This document shows, in pieces, positions 23,484 to 34,682 of a stretch of DNA of 64,000 bases (within the stretch, counting starts at the first letter, position 1; each line of letters opens with the position of its first letter). The DNA is taken from the NCBI GenBank assembly GCA_048013815.1, contig CM106585.1, forward strand, positions 19,530,001-19,594,000. The letters are read 5' to 3'. Position numbers and translations under genes: made by a program. The notes beneath the pieces were generated by a model, which saw nothing but the letters and a program-made list of their open reading frames with translations, was not told the origin of the DNA and searched no databases. This DNA comes from Setoptus koraiensis (Eukaryota > Animalia > Arthropoda).

Positions 23484-25872
23484 ATGGTTCATCATTTTGC
23501 GGAAAGTAATTGTAACCAGCTGAGAAACGACACAGCCACTAGAGACGATTCACCATTTGATCGGCGAATTCTAATTGATAGATATAAGCAAAATATACAC
23601 GATTTATATTTGAAAATTTACATGTTGCTAGAGTTCGGCCAAGACTATCGGTTCAAAAATAATGTCGAAAATTCTAGCGATAAAAGTGTCTTGTATGAAG
23701 AGCAAATGTATGGTACATGGACAAATAATCGACTGCTGAGAGGCATAGTAATGTTTCTATGCAAACACCGTTCCAAGAAGATAATTCGGATGTGTGGTTA
23801 TACAACCTGCTCTGTTCAATTTTTTGTCAGCATCTATACGACATATTTGCTTTGGCTCACCATTTCAATTGCTGACAACGAACGTTTAAGGGACAACGCA
23901 GAGAATAAAGGAACCTACATATCCGACGGATATGTTGTATCATTGTTCGGTAGGCTACAATTGAGCCCATTTGTATTGATACTGTCTTCGTTAACCACGA
24001 TTTCTTGCTCGTTTTTTTCTTTCAACAGCTTTTGGACGAGAAGAAAACGCTCACGACTTTTAGTTGAATTATTTGTACCCGCATCCTGTGGTCTTGATCT
24101 TATGATTGCCGATTACATGACAATATGCGCTTGTTCTGGACTCAATATTGCCTACAAGCTGGCTGTTCTCGACATACTAGCCGATTGCATCACAAATCAC
24201 TTGTTAGTCAATTGTGGCCAAGAACACTCAACGATGGCCCGCTTCAAAGTAAGAAAACGAATGAGAAACATAACAGAAATAGAATTCTTAGACGAATTTC
24301 ATCAGGCTGCAGTGAGTAAAAAAAGTAGAACATCAACGATTTACAAGAAAATAATTGATCATGGTGGAAATAGATTGAATTACAACCCGCCAAACAATAT
24401 TAACATTAAAGAAATAGCAAATTTTCTGGAAAAGATAAATCCAGCTAAAAAATTCTCTGTATATATCACACGTTCACTTGAACTGTTTATATACGCTCTT
24501 TTGGTGCTTGTTACCTTAGTTAACTCATCAAACCTCGTTTGGACTTGTTACAGGTGCAATCAAGTCTATACGGCAGATATTATGAGTTATCGAAACGAGG
24601 ACACCTCCGGTGTCGTAACACCCATTAAAATGATCACTAGACAATTGTCACTGATTTGTCAATCTGCACTGTTAATGGTGTGGACAGTTATCGCTGATTT
24701 GAGACTGCTATATTTCACCTTCTACATTCCCTACACTACATTCCTGCAGAGACAATTTGATTTGATGCACTTTGCGCAAGAGGTTATATCGACCAAGACT
24801 CTGTTCAGACACAACAAACGCAATCAACAATCATGGTTTAGCGAAAATTATGACCACTTGGAAATTCTAAGCGAACCGGTTGATCACAAATCTGATCATC
24901 TAAAAAGAGGAAATATCATGAGCTGCAATACAAACAAATCTCTTTGCATTGATGCCTCGCCAATAGTTAAACAGTTGGGCGCGCATGGTTCGACGCTACT
25001 AGAGTCTCTATCTTTCAACCCATGCCAAGCTATAAATCAAAATTTCACAAAGCCAGAATTTCTGCAAATCATTGGTGAAAATTTGGAAACACGGGCGATC
25101 CTGGGGAGACTCTCTTGCAATCCATCGGAGCGTCTCAGTGCTAAAGACAAAACTGTTTCGTCGCTCAAGAGCAGCTTTTATAAGAGGCAAGGCGGCAACA
25201 CCGACTTAATTTACGTATTCAAAGAACATAGCAACAGGCCCAATGAAGATATATGCGGTTCTCACCCTTGGGATACAGTTTTACTGGATATCGTTCATAT
25301 TAATAATTTGATGATGGAACATGTTCGTTCATTCGGTTCATTTCAGGAGATCAATTCTCTCATCGCGGGCACATGGGCCTGCGCGAATTGTGTCGTCGTG
25401 ACTATACAATGTCTACGAGGTCTTAGCTTTTTCTATTATGACCCTGTCGCATCACTTACTTGTGTTGGAGCGATTTATATATACTCGCTGTGTTTGATAG
25501 TATTTGAGAAATCTGCAAGACTCAACGAGTCGATTCAATGCATTGGCAATGTCTGGTGTTCTACACTGGCCTCATTCGTTGAGAGGGATTTTTTAACAGG
25601 CTACACAGTGAAAATCGTGCAGGATCATGTATTGAGCCTGTACTCGAGAAAGGGGCCTAGCATATTCTTGCATGCAGGGTTATACAAGCTAGACTATTCG
25701 ACACTGCTTCTGGTAAGTGTTTAACAATTGCTGATGCGAAAAACTAAGATCACCAGATCATTAATGATGATCATTAATGATCTGATTATGATTCTTAATA
25801 TGTCCTTTACAATATAAGACGACAGTATGGATTGTATCCGGTGCAGTTTTGTTCGTAACTTATTTGGATTAG
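23484..25872 (+). CDS. Divergent, oversized gustatory-receptor-like 7TM chemoreceptor (~760 aa)
   Basis: Exon 1 23484-25712 has about 6-7 hydrophobic segments and ends HAGLYKLDYSTLLL, resembling the GR pre-TM7 motif, at a phase-0 GTAAGT donor. Putative last exon 25819-25872 (TTVWIVSGAVLFVTYLD*). Family call is from topology and motif only; the last exon is tentative. Confidence 0.55.
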
Positions 25873-25961
25873 TGACCGGATCTCTTCAATATGCTGTACA
25901 ATATAAACACACCAGCAATACCTCGGAATGAGTGCGTCAACATTGAGCAAAACTAGTAGTT

Positions 25962-27050
25962 TTATTTCTGATGGTCTATGGATATTTTCTTATTCTTAAA
26001 ATAGTTATAACAATGCTTGAGGCTTTGCGGAGTTACATTAAACAGGGGGTTAGTGGGGGCCAATAAATTAGTATCATATCCGCCATTGTTACAAATCACT
26101 TTACCATCGTAGCCATATTGCGATATAGAGAGTCCAGCAAGCGCGTAACACGTGTGGTAGAAATCTGGTGGAGCTTCTGGTTTGTCTCTTAATAATCCTG
26201 ATTTGGCTTGACAACTTTCTAGTATGAACTCTTGGAGGGAAACACAGTTGAAAATCCATTGTGACTGCTCATTAGTTTTTTCTTCATCAAATAAAAAAGG
26301 GTGAATCAATGCAAATACTGCACCTTGCCAAAACGAGTAGCAACTGTCCACTAGTTTATTCGAGCGACCACAGAAACCCCCTTCGACTGCGAGCTGTTTG
26401 TTCGTTAACCATCTTAGAAGGGACTGTATATCGCATCGATGAAGCTGATTGAGAAGGCATAACGCTGCCACGCAACAAAATGTATAACCACCGTGAGCCT
26501 CACAACCTGGTAGGCTGCTGAAGCCCCCCTCATAGGTCTGGCATTCTAGTAGCCAATCGGCGACATTATTAGTAAGATCGGCGTCTTCCATATTCAAACA
26601 TCTGAGCACCGCAAGTGCACAATATGAAGCCCTGGAGTCAATTTCGCCATCATGGTGCATTGTAAAAGATCCGTCTGGTTGTTTCATTTCACGCAAAAAT
26701 TGAATCATTTTTGTTCTATCGATCGATTCTAAGGCATTCTCGTCAGACAGAGATATCAAGGCATTAACGGCTGCATATGTCGTAGCAAGGTGACCGATTT
26801 GTCCCGGGCCGCCACCATAACCGCCGGAAGGACTGGCACACTCTTTGATGAATTCTATTATATCGGGCGCTGACGTGTTCAGCTCAAACTCTTGGTCGAG
26901 TAGAGCCAGCGAATGCGCTATCCAATAAACAGTCCATGTCTGGGCGGGAACTAATTTTTGATAGGCAGACGGCAGTTCTTGTCTGAGGCCTTCAATCAGT
27001 CGCTTGATGTGCTTTTTTCGTTTGAGTTTTTTACATTCGTCTCCATTCAT
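25962..27050 (-). CDS. FNTB: Protein farnesyltransferase subunit beta
   Basis: WTVYWIAHSLALL, GGYGGGPGQIGHLATTYAAVNAL, GEIDSRASYCA, EAHGGYTFC, GRSNKLVDSCYSFWQG, DKPEAPPDFYHTCYALAGLS. Start set at the ATG of MNGDE (27050); the track's 27206 start is a GTG. Confidence 0.93.
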   Translation of the reverse strand: MNGDECKKLKRKKHIKRLIEGLRQELPSAYQKLVPAQTWTVYWIAHSLALLDQEFELNTSAPDIIEFIKECASPSGGYGGGPGQIGHLATTYAAVNALISLSDENALESIDRTKMIQFLREMKQPDGSFTMHHDGEIDSRASYCALAVLRCLNMEDADLTNNVADWLLECQTYEGGFSSLPGCEAHGGYTFCCVAALCLLNQLHRCDIQSLLRWLTNKQLAVEGGFCGRSNKLVDSCYSFWQGAVFALIHPFLFDEEKTNEQSQWIFNCVSLQEFILESCQAKSGLLRDKPEAPPDFYHTCYALAGLSISQYGYDGKVICNNGGYDTNLLAPTNPLFNVTPQSLKHCYNYFKNKKISIDHQK

Positions 27051-27993
27051 GGTAATGTGTATAATAATTACAAAACAAACATAAAATAAATTGATTCCTA
27101 ACGAGTTTTTCCCTATGTTTCGGCTATCACATAGACACATAAATATGTTAATTAATATGGTGCAGATTCTTATAAGTGAGGCGCATTGCTGTCGGTGTGA
27201 TGCCACAAATTGATTGCCTAGGTGCCGACAGGTTTTGTTTTGAGGAAAAACAATGTGGCCGCTTTAGTTACCCCGAATTAAGGTGAATACCGAAATAGGC
27301 GTGACACAACGCGGTTAACGGTATAAGGGTGTGCGGAGTCGGGTGTCGCGCCACACAGGCAGAGCGAACTGCACAGAACGTTCAACTGTGTGTTGCTCGT
27401 TTGCTCGTGTGGTGCACTCTCGGAATGCGCTTCTAAAACTATTCTGGCTTTCACCATACATCTGGTGGGGTGAACACTAAAAGTTGTGTGAAAGTGAGCG
27501 TTCTGTGCAGTATGCTCATCTGTGTGCCAAGATAGATGAACTCTAGGCTGTGTTGCTGCCAGCAGATGGTTCTTTCCCCAAAAAAAGCATCCGCACCAAC
27601 AGAAAATCTGTACTAAATAACATCTATTAAAGCTATGTCTCGTGTGTCGATCCAACAAGTTCTTGCGCATTAATTTGAGCAAACTAGTCCGGCAGTAAAT
27701 GCTTTTCCCCAAAACAAAACAAAACAAAATCTGTCATTGCCTGAGCATTGTATCATCTAAGTACGACAGAAACCTTTCGTCAAGAACCTCACCAATCAAT
27801 AGATTTCACACCGTAATATTGTTAATAAATTCATGTGCCTCAACTCTATCCGCTCAAATGAATCAGTTCTCTGATCATCGGACGTTACTTCATAATCTAA
27901 GGATATATTCTAGTTAGAGGAGGAAGGAACCTCAATAGGAATCAATTTTGAATTTTAAATTTAGAAAATTTTAGATTAGCACGTCTAGCTGGC

Positions 27994-30900
27994 ATGAATC
28001 GCCCTCCTACGAGCATCATCTTGCCTTGCGTTGCTTCCTTTTTTATCACAATATTTCTCTTATTCATTCAAGATACAAAAGCTCTCAAGACCCAACAGCA
28101 TTTTGGCAATAGCAGGAACCATGATTACATTCGCAACAGATTTATTAGGAGTAACCAAAATGATCAAAATACTACTACCCCCAACAACAACCAATTGCAA
28201 TCCTATTATCCCCCATCCAAGCAAAACAATGTTCATAGTCAATTTTCGAACGCCCATTCAAATGTATCACAAACATCATCTACGCCACAGTCTATTAGTT
28301 ACACCACACCATCACTGTCGTCACCAATTAACAATCCAATCTCAGTGACGCCCACAGCCACAAATACGACATATAGCTCCAATATAATTAATGGATACAA
28401 TTGCTCTCCTAATAATCCGTCATGCCAGCAACAGTGCCATGGGCGCACTATGCTAAACAAAACTAGAGGTTTTATCACTGATGGTTATGGAAACTACTCT
28501 ATTAATATACAATGCACATGGCTTATAGACAGTGGAAATAACAACTCCTTAATTAGATTGAGATTTAGTGAATTCAATACAGAATGTAATTATGACTATT
28601 TGTATATATTTGATGGTGACTCTATTTTCTCACCACTCGTGGCTGCATTCTCTGGTATCTTGAAGCCGACACTAACCCAATCTAGCCGAAACAATATTGA
28701 TAATTCGAACTCTTTGATCTCAACTGCTACATCGTTCAGTGATATGACCAGGAATGATAGTGCTCCAAACATCGTACAAGACGACACGGATAAATATGAT
28801 TTAACATTCTATAATGAAATAGTTATTCGGTCCGGCAAGGCATTCATCTATTTTCACAGTGACACTGCACAAAGTATGCCAGGTTTTAATCTCACTTATT
28901 CTATTAACTCATGCCCATTTGATTGTTCATCACATGGAACTTGTGACGCTGCTAAGCTGCAGTGCAACTGTGATCCTGGATTCAAGGGTCAAGGATGCCA
29001 GATTGAGATTTGTCCAAATAATTGTTCAGTGAATGCGCAAACAGGCAGATGTGATAAATTACTAGGAAAATGTATTTGTATTGATGGTTATTCTGGCAGT
29101 GATTGTTCAAAAAAAATTGATCAAGGCGTTTGGACCCCAGTAGAGAATGAACTAAATGCAGATCTTAAGTTGGAAGGTCGATCATTCCACCAATCCTTAG
29201 TGGTCGACAATCATATCTGGGTCCTAGGTGGCAAAACTGCACTCAACACCAATTCAAAAGATCACTGGAGTTACATTATTGATAGGTTTAATCTTGAAAG
29301 CAATCAATGGGTAACGGATAGAATACGAGCGAAGGTTGGACTAAATGAGCTCGCAGAATTAGTTGGTCATACCGCAATATACTATGACAAGAAGATACTC
29401 ATTTATGGTGGAATGTTACCGAATGGATCAATTTCAAACGCTTTGATTGTCTATGATACATTGAGAATGACTTCTGAAACTTCTATTGGGTATTCCCTCA
29501 ATGAGAGAATGAAGAAACTAGACTCAGGTCTCGAGGATGATTTTGTACCACCGCTTGGTGTTGTTGGACACAGTTGTGTATTGGTGGGTCAAGTGATGTA
29601 CATATTTTTTGGTTATAATCCATTATATGGATACCTTGACATCGTACAAAAATACAATATAATGGATAACACTTGGACTATAGTTGATACTAGAGGCTCT
29701 TCAGTTGAGGGCTCTATCGGTCACAGTAGCGTGTACGACGAGAACAGCAAGTTGATTTTAATTTATGGTGGTCATCATTCGCATAGATCAAACTACTTGT
29801 ACTCATATGATCCCTGGCAAGATACTTGGAGACTTCTACAACCAGGACCTTATCCTAGATATTATCATAGATCTTTGATCACGAATGGTCTAATGCTCGT
29901 AATGGGTGGTAACAGTTATAATGCAAGTTCAAATCCGGATGCATGCGATGATTGTTTTGACAGCCACACTCTAATGTATGATTTGAATTGCATACATGGC
30001 AATCATTTTAGTCACCATGCACTGGCAATAGGAAATGATACTTCAATATGTGATAGCAATTGTTGGCAGGTTATTAATGATCCAATACCAGGGGTTTTGC
30101 AACGTTATGGTCATACAGTAATCAAGCACCAATCTTCACTATTCTTATTTGGAGGATTCAATGGACTGATATTGAATACTCTGTATCAGTACAAAATACC
30201 AGATTGTTTAGATTACTCAAATGAGAAGGACTGTAAGAGGCCGAAACTAGCTTTGAAATGTGACTGGAATCAGCTCAAGAGTTCCTGTCATGTTACTAAT
30301 TCTATGCAGAAACAGTCACTCAGTCAAGCAAAAGAGTCTAGTCTGTTTCGCAACAACTCATCATCATCTTCATCAACATCCAATCAAGACTATCAATGTT
30401 CTGTCAAGCTTGCTCAATCTGTTTGTGAGAATCGACTCACGTGTAAAGATTGTTTATATACGAATTATGGCTGTCGTTGGTGTGGAAACGGCCAGTGTAG
30501 ATTTGATAAATGCAAATCGTCAGAAACCAAAGCAATCGTCGATCCATCTCTATGTTATGGCGATGAAACAAATTCTAGTGCTAATGGCAACTTTTTAAGT
30601 ACATTCTCCCCTGAAACGTTCTCATACAAGCACGATATTTACGCTCAGAGGGAAAAAGAGCTCAGCACAGAGATTGAATGTAGACGTTACGTAAATTGTT
30701 ATCTATGTCAAACTAAGAGTTATTGTTCCTGGCAAAGCGATCACCAGCGTCAAGTATGTTCGTTTTTACCACCATCCAGACCATTACCGACACCCACCAA
30801 TCTGCAATCGAGCCCGAATACCGCATCTTTAATGCATTTGAATGACGCAATTTTCACGACAAATCAATCAAATCAACATTCTACAGCATTAACAACAACA

Positions 30901-32929
30901 TCATCACCTATTAATCTTTGGAAGCACGTCTTTGATTCCCCATCATCGTTCTCCAATTCTACATTGACCATGATGGACATGCTCAATGCGGTTACATCAT
31001 ATCATTCATGTGAATCCCCATGCTTCAGGCGCAAATCGTGCCGTGAATGTATACAGAACAAATGCATATGGTGCGATACAAGCAATGAATGTATTGACTC
31101 GTCAGCATACTTTGCCTACTATCCAATTGGTCAATGTATGCATTATGTTGCACACGCATCGAAATGTCAAGGTACGTTATGTTCTGAGATAGAAACTTGT
31201 GATCAATGTCAGAAAAATCCAAAATGTGGTTGGATAGACGATGATACTGGTCGTGGCATTGGGAAGTGCGTCGAAGGCACCAGTTCTGGGCCTTTAAGCG
31301 GACAAAACATCACTGAACCTGTTTCTACGTCTCTGGCCACAACGGGCGAGCTTAGCAAATCACACAAATGGTATTTTTATACTTGTCCTCTTTGTCAATG
31401 TAATGGCCATAGTACGTGTAGACCAGGAACAAACATATGTCAGAAAGGTTGTAGCGGTCACACAGAAGGTAATCATTGTGAGAAATGCATAGCAGGATAT
31501 TATGGTAATCCAATCAATGGTGGCGTCTGCAGAGAGTGCAAATGCAATGGTCACGCCAGTTCCTGCAACAAAGAAACTGGAAAATGTCATTGCTCAACGA
31601 AAGGCATAATAGGGCATAGCTGCAATCAATGCGATGAACAAAATCATTATATTGGCGACCCAACTGCACCCAGTGATGGTACATGCTACTACAATCTAAC
31701 CACTGATTATCAGTATACATTTAACATGTCTAAGGCAGATGATTATTTCTATAGTGATATAAACTTCATGAACGTCCCGATGAAGAGAGATGTTGATGTC
31801 GATTTTACCATAGTTTGTTCAAGTTTGGCCCTAGTTAATATTACATCAGGTACCCCTGGCTTATCATATCGTTACAGTGAGTAAAGAGTTTCTACCGACA
31901 TGCCTATCAATCCACCAGACCACAGAAACTGATTCTTGTCATCTTTTTTTCCAACTTCTCTAGGTATCTTCTCAAGGAGATCATCTCTGCACACTGGATT
32001 GGAGTGTGGTTCATTCAGACTCAAGTTCCCCTACGACGAACATCTCATCGGCGGCGGAAGTAATTATACTTTCTATGTACATGTTTATAGATTTCAAACT
32101 CCCTTTGTGTTGCAAATAGCCTTCTCACAACACCGGACCCTTGATTTGTGGCAATTTTTCTTTACGTTTGCTAGGTGAGTTGATTTACTCAAAGAGTACC
32201 AAAGTTTGGACTGCACAGTTTCTAATTCATTCTAAATCAACTGTTAATAACTAACCTTTTTCTCTTTGGCAAAAAGCTGTTTCCTGTTTTTATTCGTTAT
32301 GGCTGGAGTTGTATGGAAACTTAAGCAAAAATATGATCTCTACAGAAGACGACAGGTTAGTAACAAAGCTGATTGCTTAGATTGTTGGAGCATGATAAGT
32401 GCGATTGGCATCGATTGATCACAATCCAGGTTATAACAATTTTTTCATTTTTATATCGCAGCAACATGTTATCGAAATGGAGCAAATGGCGAGTCGTCCC
32501 TTTGCGACCATACTGCTAGAATTGACAGGAGGATTTGGTTTTAAGAGGGCGAATTCGGTTGATCTCAAACTGAAAAAGAACGTGAACAATCTGGATCAAA
32601 CAGATAATTGTCGCGTATTGATGGACAGTAACGACGCTAAAGGAACGCTCACTCACGGCGACGAGGAACCCCCCAGGAGCTCAAGGTCTACTTCTCGGAT
32701 ATCTTTGGACAAATTCCACGAAGTAGATTATCACAAGCTGGTGGAGGCTCCATCCCCGATATCTGTGGAGCCTTGTTCCTCCGGTAAAGCGGGTATACTG
32801 AGTCTTTTTGTTCAGCTGCCCGGTCGACCGAACCTGGCTATCGGTTCTGCACTAGTCTCGCTAAGTGACGATTCAAGCAGCACAGGCTCTAATAATTTAG
32901 GAAACAATTGTGACAAGGTTGGACCTTAA
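27994..32929 (+). CDS. ATRN: Attractin/attractin-like (distracted-like) CUB-EGF-Kelch-PSI-laminin-EGF type I membrane protein, 4 exons
   Basis: Exons 27994-31849, 31964-32174, 32277-32355, 32462-32929, all GT-AG and in frame. Signal peptide, CUB (FNTECNYDYLYIFDGDS), EGF, kelch repeats, PSI, LE repeats, IAFSQH..LWQFFFTFASCFL TM region and the conserved EMEQMASRPFA tail. Confidence 0.92.
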
Positions 32930-33038
32930 GATTATCTAATCCAACTACACTTCACAAATAACACACGTCATTAATGTAAATAAACAGTCTTAAACCGTTT
33001 CCTAGAATTTTATTTAATTTAATGCTTACAAATACAAA

Positions 33039-33368
33039 TTAGCCGATAAAGTTGAACACAGCTAAGTGCAGGATAAGGTGGGCAAACAGAAAATCTGCAA
33101 ATGCCCTCTCATTTGATATATCGGGGAACATTGCTTTGTTTTCAGGATTTACTTGTAATCTAAGACACACACCAAAGGTAAAAGAGCCCACGCATGATAA
33201 GAAGCCGGCAAGGAATGAATTGAATGGAAATGTTCCAACTAGAAGGCAATATAAGAATTGAATGACGCCTGTCAACAGAATCACCAACAGATAGACGTCG
33301 ATGGCTTTGAGCCTCTTATTGTGTTTTTCTACAAAGTCCAGGCTTCGCCTCAGGGTAGCAAAAGCCAT
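33039..33368 (-). CDS. DAD1: DAD1/OST2 oligosaccharyltransferase subunit with an akirin-derived N-terminus
   Basis: LKAIDVYL...[34 protein letters not shown]...[23 protein letters not shown] is canonical DAD1. The first 19 aa ([19 protein letters not shown]) match the neighbouring akirin rather than DAD1. Confidence 0.96.
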   Translation of the reverse strand: MAFATLRRSLDFVEKHNKRLKAIDVYLLVILLTGVIQFLYCLLVGTFPFNSFLAGFLSCVGSFTFGVCLRLQVNPENKAMFPDISNERAFADFLFAHLILHLAVFNFIG

Positions 33369-34151
33369 TGTGTCAGTATGCCGTTTTTGGTTGTTATTAA
33401 GGGTGAGGTCGGTACCAGTGTATCAATTTACAAATAATAATAGTTGTAATAATTATTTTAATAAATAAAATGGTGAGTGACCGCTGGGCGCTACTGCGGT
33501 AATACAGTCAGGAAACACTGTGCTTACCTAGCCTATTGTACAGTCGCGGCAATGAATGATAGAACAGGGCTAGGAGTAGCGTGTTTTCCCTTGCGCAGAA
33601 CAAAGCGCGAATTTGAAACCAGCAGAACATCAGATGTTCTGCATCTGAAATGTCGATTCTGCGCATCTGGGGGGGATACGCACTACTTCTACCCCTATTC
33701 TATCATTCATTGATGCGATTGTACTGTGTGTAGTGATTGGGGGAGGAACACCTCCCCCTCCCACCTCCCCGTTTTGTAAGTGCGACATGAGAAACTCACC
33801 CATTGTGTGTGTCAGAAACTGTAGCGCCTCTGGCGGCTTTTTTTCGCACTGAGCACATTGCGACTGGGAAAAGCGCACACACACACACAGTACAATGGGC
33901 TAGGCAAGTACAGTGTTTCCTGGCTTTATTACTGCAGTAGTACTGCGATTACTCACAATTTTATTATTATCAAAATAATTATTATTACATATATAAATAT
34001 ATATATATATATATATACATACATATACCTGTAAATTGATATATTGGTACCAACCTCATCCTTAATAACAACAAAAAACGGCATACTAACACAATGGCTT
34101 GTGCTACCCTGAAGCGAAGCCTGGACTTTGTAGAAAGACCCAATAAGAGGC
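33311..34151. repeat. Decayed ~840-bp palindrome linking DAD1 and akirin
   Basis: Ungapped inverted matches: 33311-33432/34030-34151 (112/122), 33491-33540/33891-33940 (44/50), 33541-33590/33672-33721 (40/50). Perfect central stem GCAGAACAT-cag-ATGTTCTGC at 33622-33642. Confidence 0.95.
33725..33889. mobile_element. 165-bp insertion in the right palindrome arm; possible non-autonomous element
   Basis: Present in one arm only, flanked by a GTAC direct repeat (33721-33724, 33890-33893), with TGTGTGT...ACACACA inverted termini. A deletion from the other arm between two GTACs is an alternative explanation. Confidence 0.35.
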
Positions 34152-34597
34152 GCTGCCCAAGCCAATTAGCCCATCACCACAACCAACGTCTGCACCATTC
34201 ACATCATCATCATAAAATTATGTCCTCAGCTCAAGGTGCTTGTTGTTCTTCTTCTAGCTCTTCGTCACTAGTAAATTTACCTCCTAAAGAAGCATCACCA
34301 TTTGCTGATCCGATTCGAGCACGCCTAGAGGTAGCCACAAGCATAAAAGATGAGGTTAGACGATTACAACATAGGCGATCTTCACAAGCCACTCAAGAGC
34401 CCCTCGTATTCTCTGTTAGCCAAACCCAATTAATTTGTGAGCGACTGATTAAGGAAAATGAGACTAGGTTAAGAGAGGAATATGATAAAATACTAGCCTC
34501 AAAACTGGCCGAACAATATGACACCTATGTCAAATTTACATTCGACCAAATTCAAAAGCAGTACGATGGAGGATCTATACCTAGCTATTTATCGTAG
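34094..34597 (+). CDS. akirin: Akirin (subolesin), intronless
   Basis: N-terminal MACATLKRSLDF..KRRC and C-terminal LFSVSQTQLICERLIKENETRLREEYDKILASKLAEQYDTYVKFTFDQI...SYLS are the conserved akirin blocks. Confidence 0.96.
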   Translation: MACATLKRSLDFVERPNKRRCPSQLAHHHNQRLHHSHHHHKIMSSAQGACCSSSSSSSLVNLPPKEASPFADPIRARLEVATSIKDEVRRLQHRRSSQATQEPLVFSVSQTQLICERLIKENETRLREEYDKILASKLAEQYDTYVKFTFDQIQKQYDGGSIPSYLS

Positions 34598-34682
34598 ACC
34601 AATATTAACACTACTACCACTATTACTACCTATTATTATTACTATTATTATTATTATTATTACAATAGATTAATAAAGAACA

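Noticed and set aside
27051-27206. N-terminal extension of FNTB in the ORF track
   Set aside because: It starts at GTG, is AT-rich and has no FNTB similarity; homology begins after the ATG at 27050.
33311-34151. Palindrome as an assembly or chimeric-read artefact
   Set aside because: The arms differ by substitutions, a 165-bp indel and an (AT)n expansion, and both flanking ORFs are intact; fold-back artefacts give near-identical arms.
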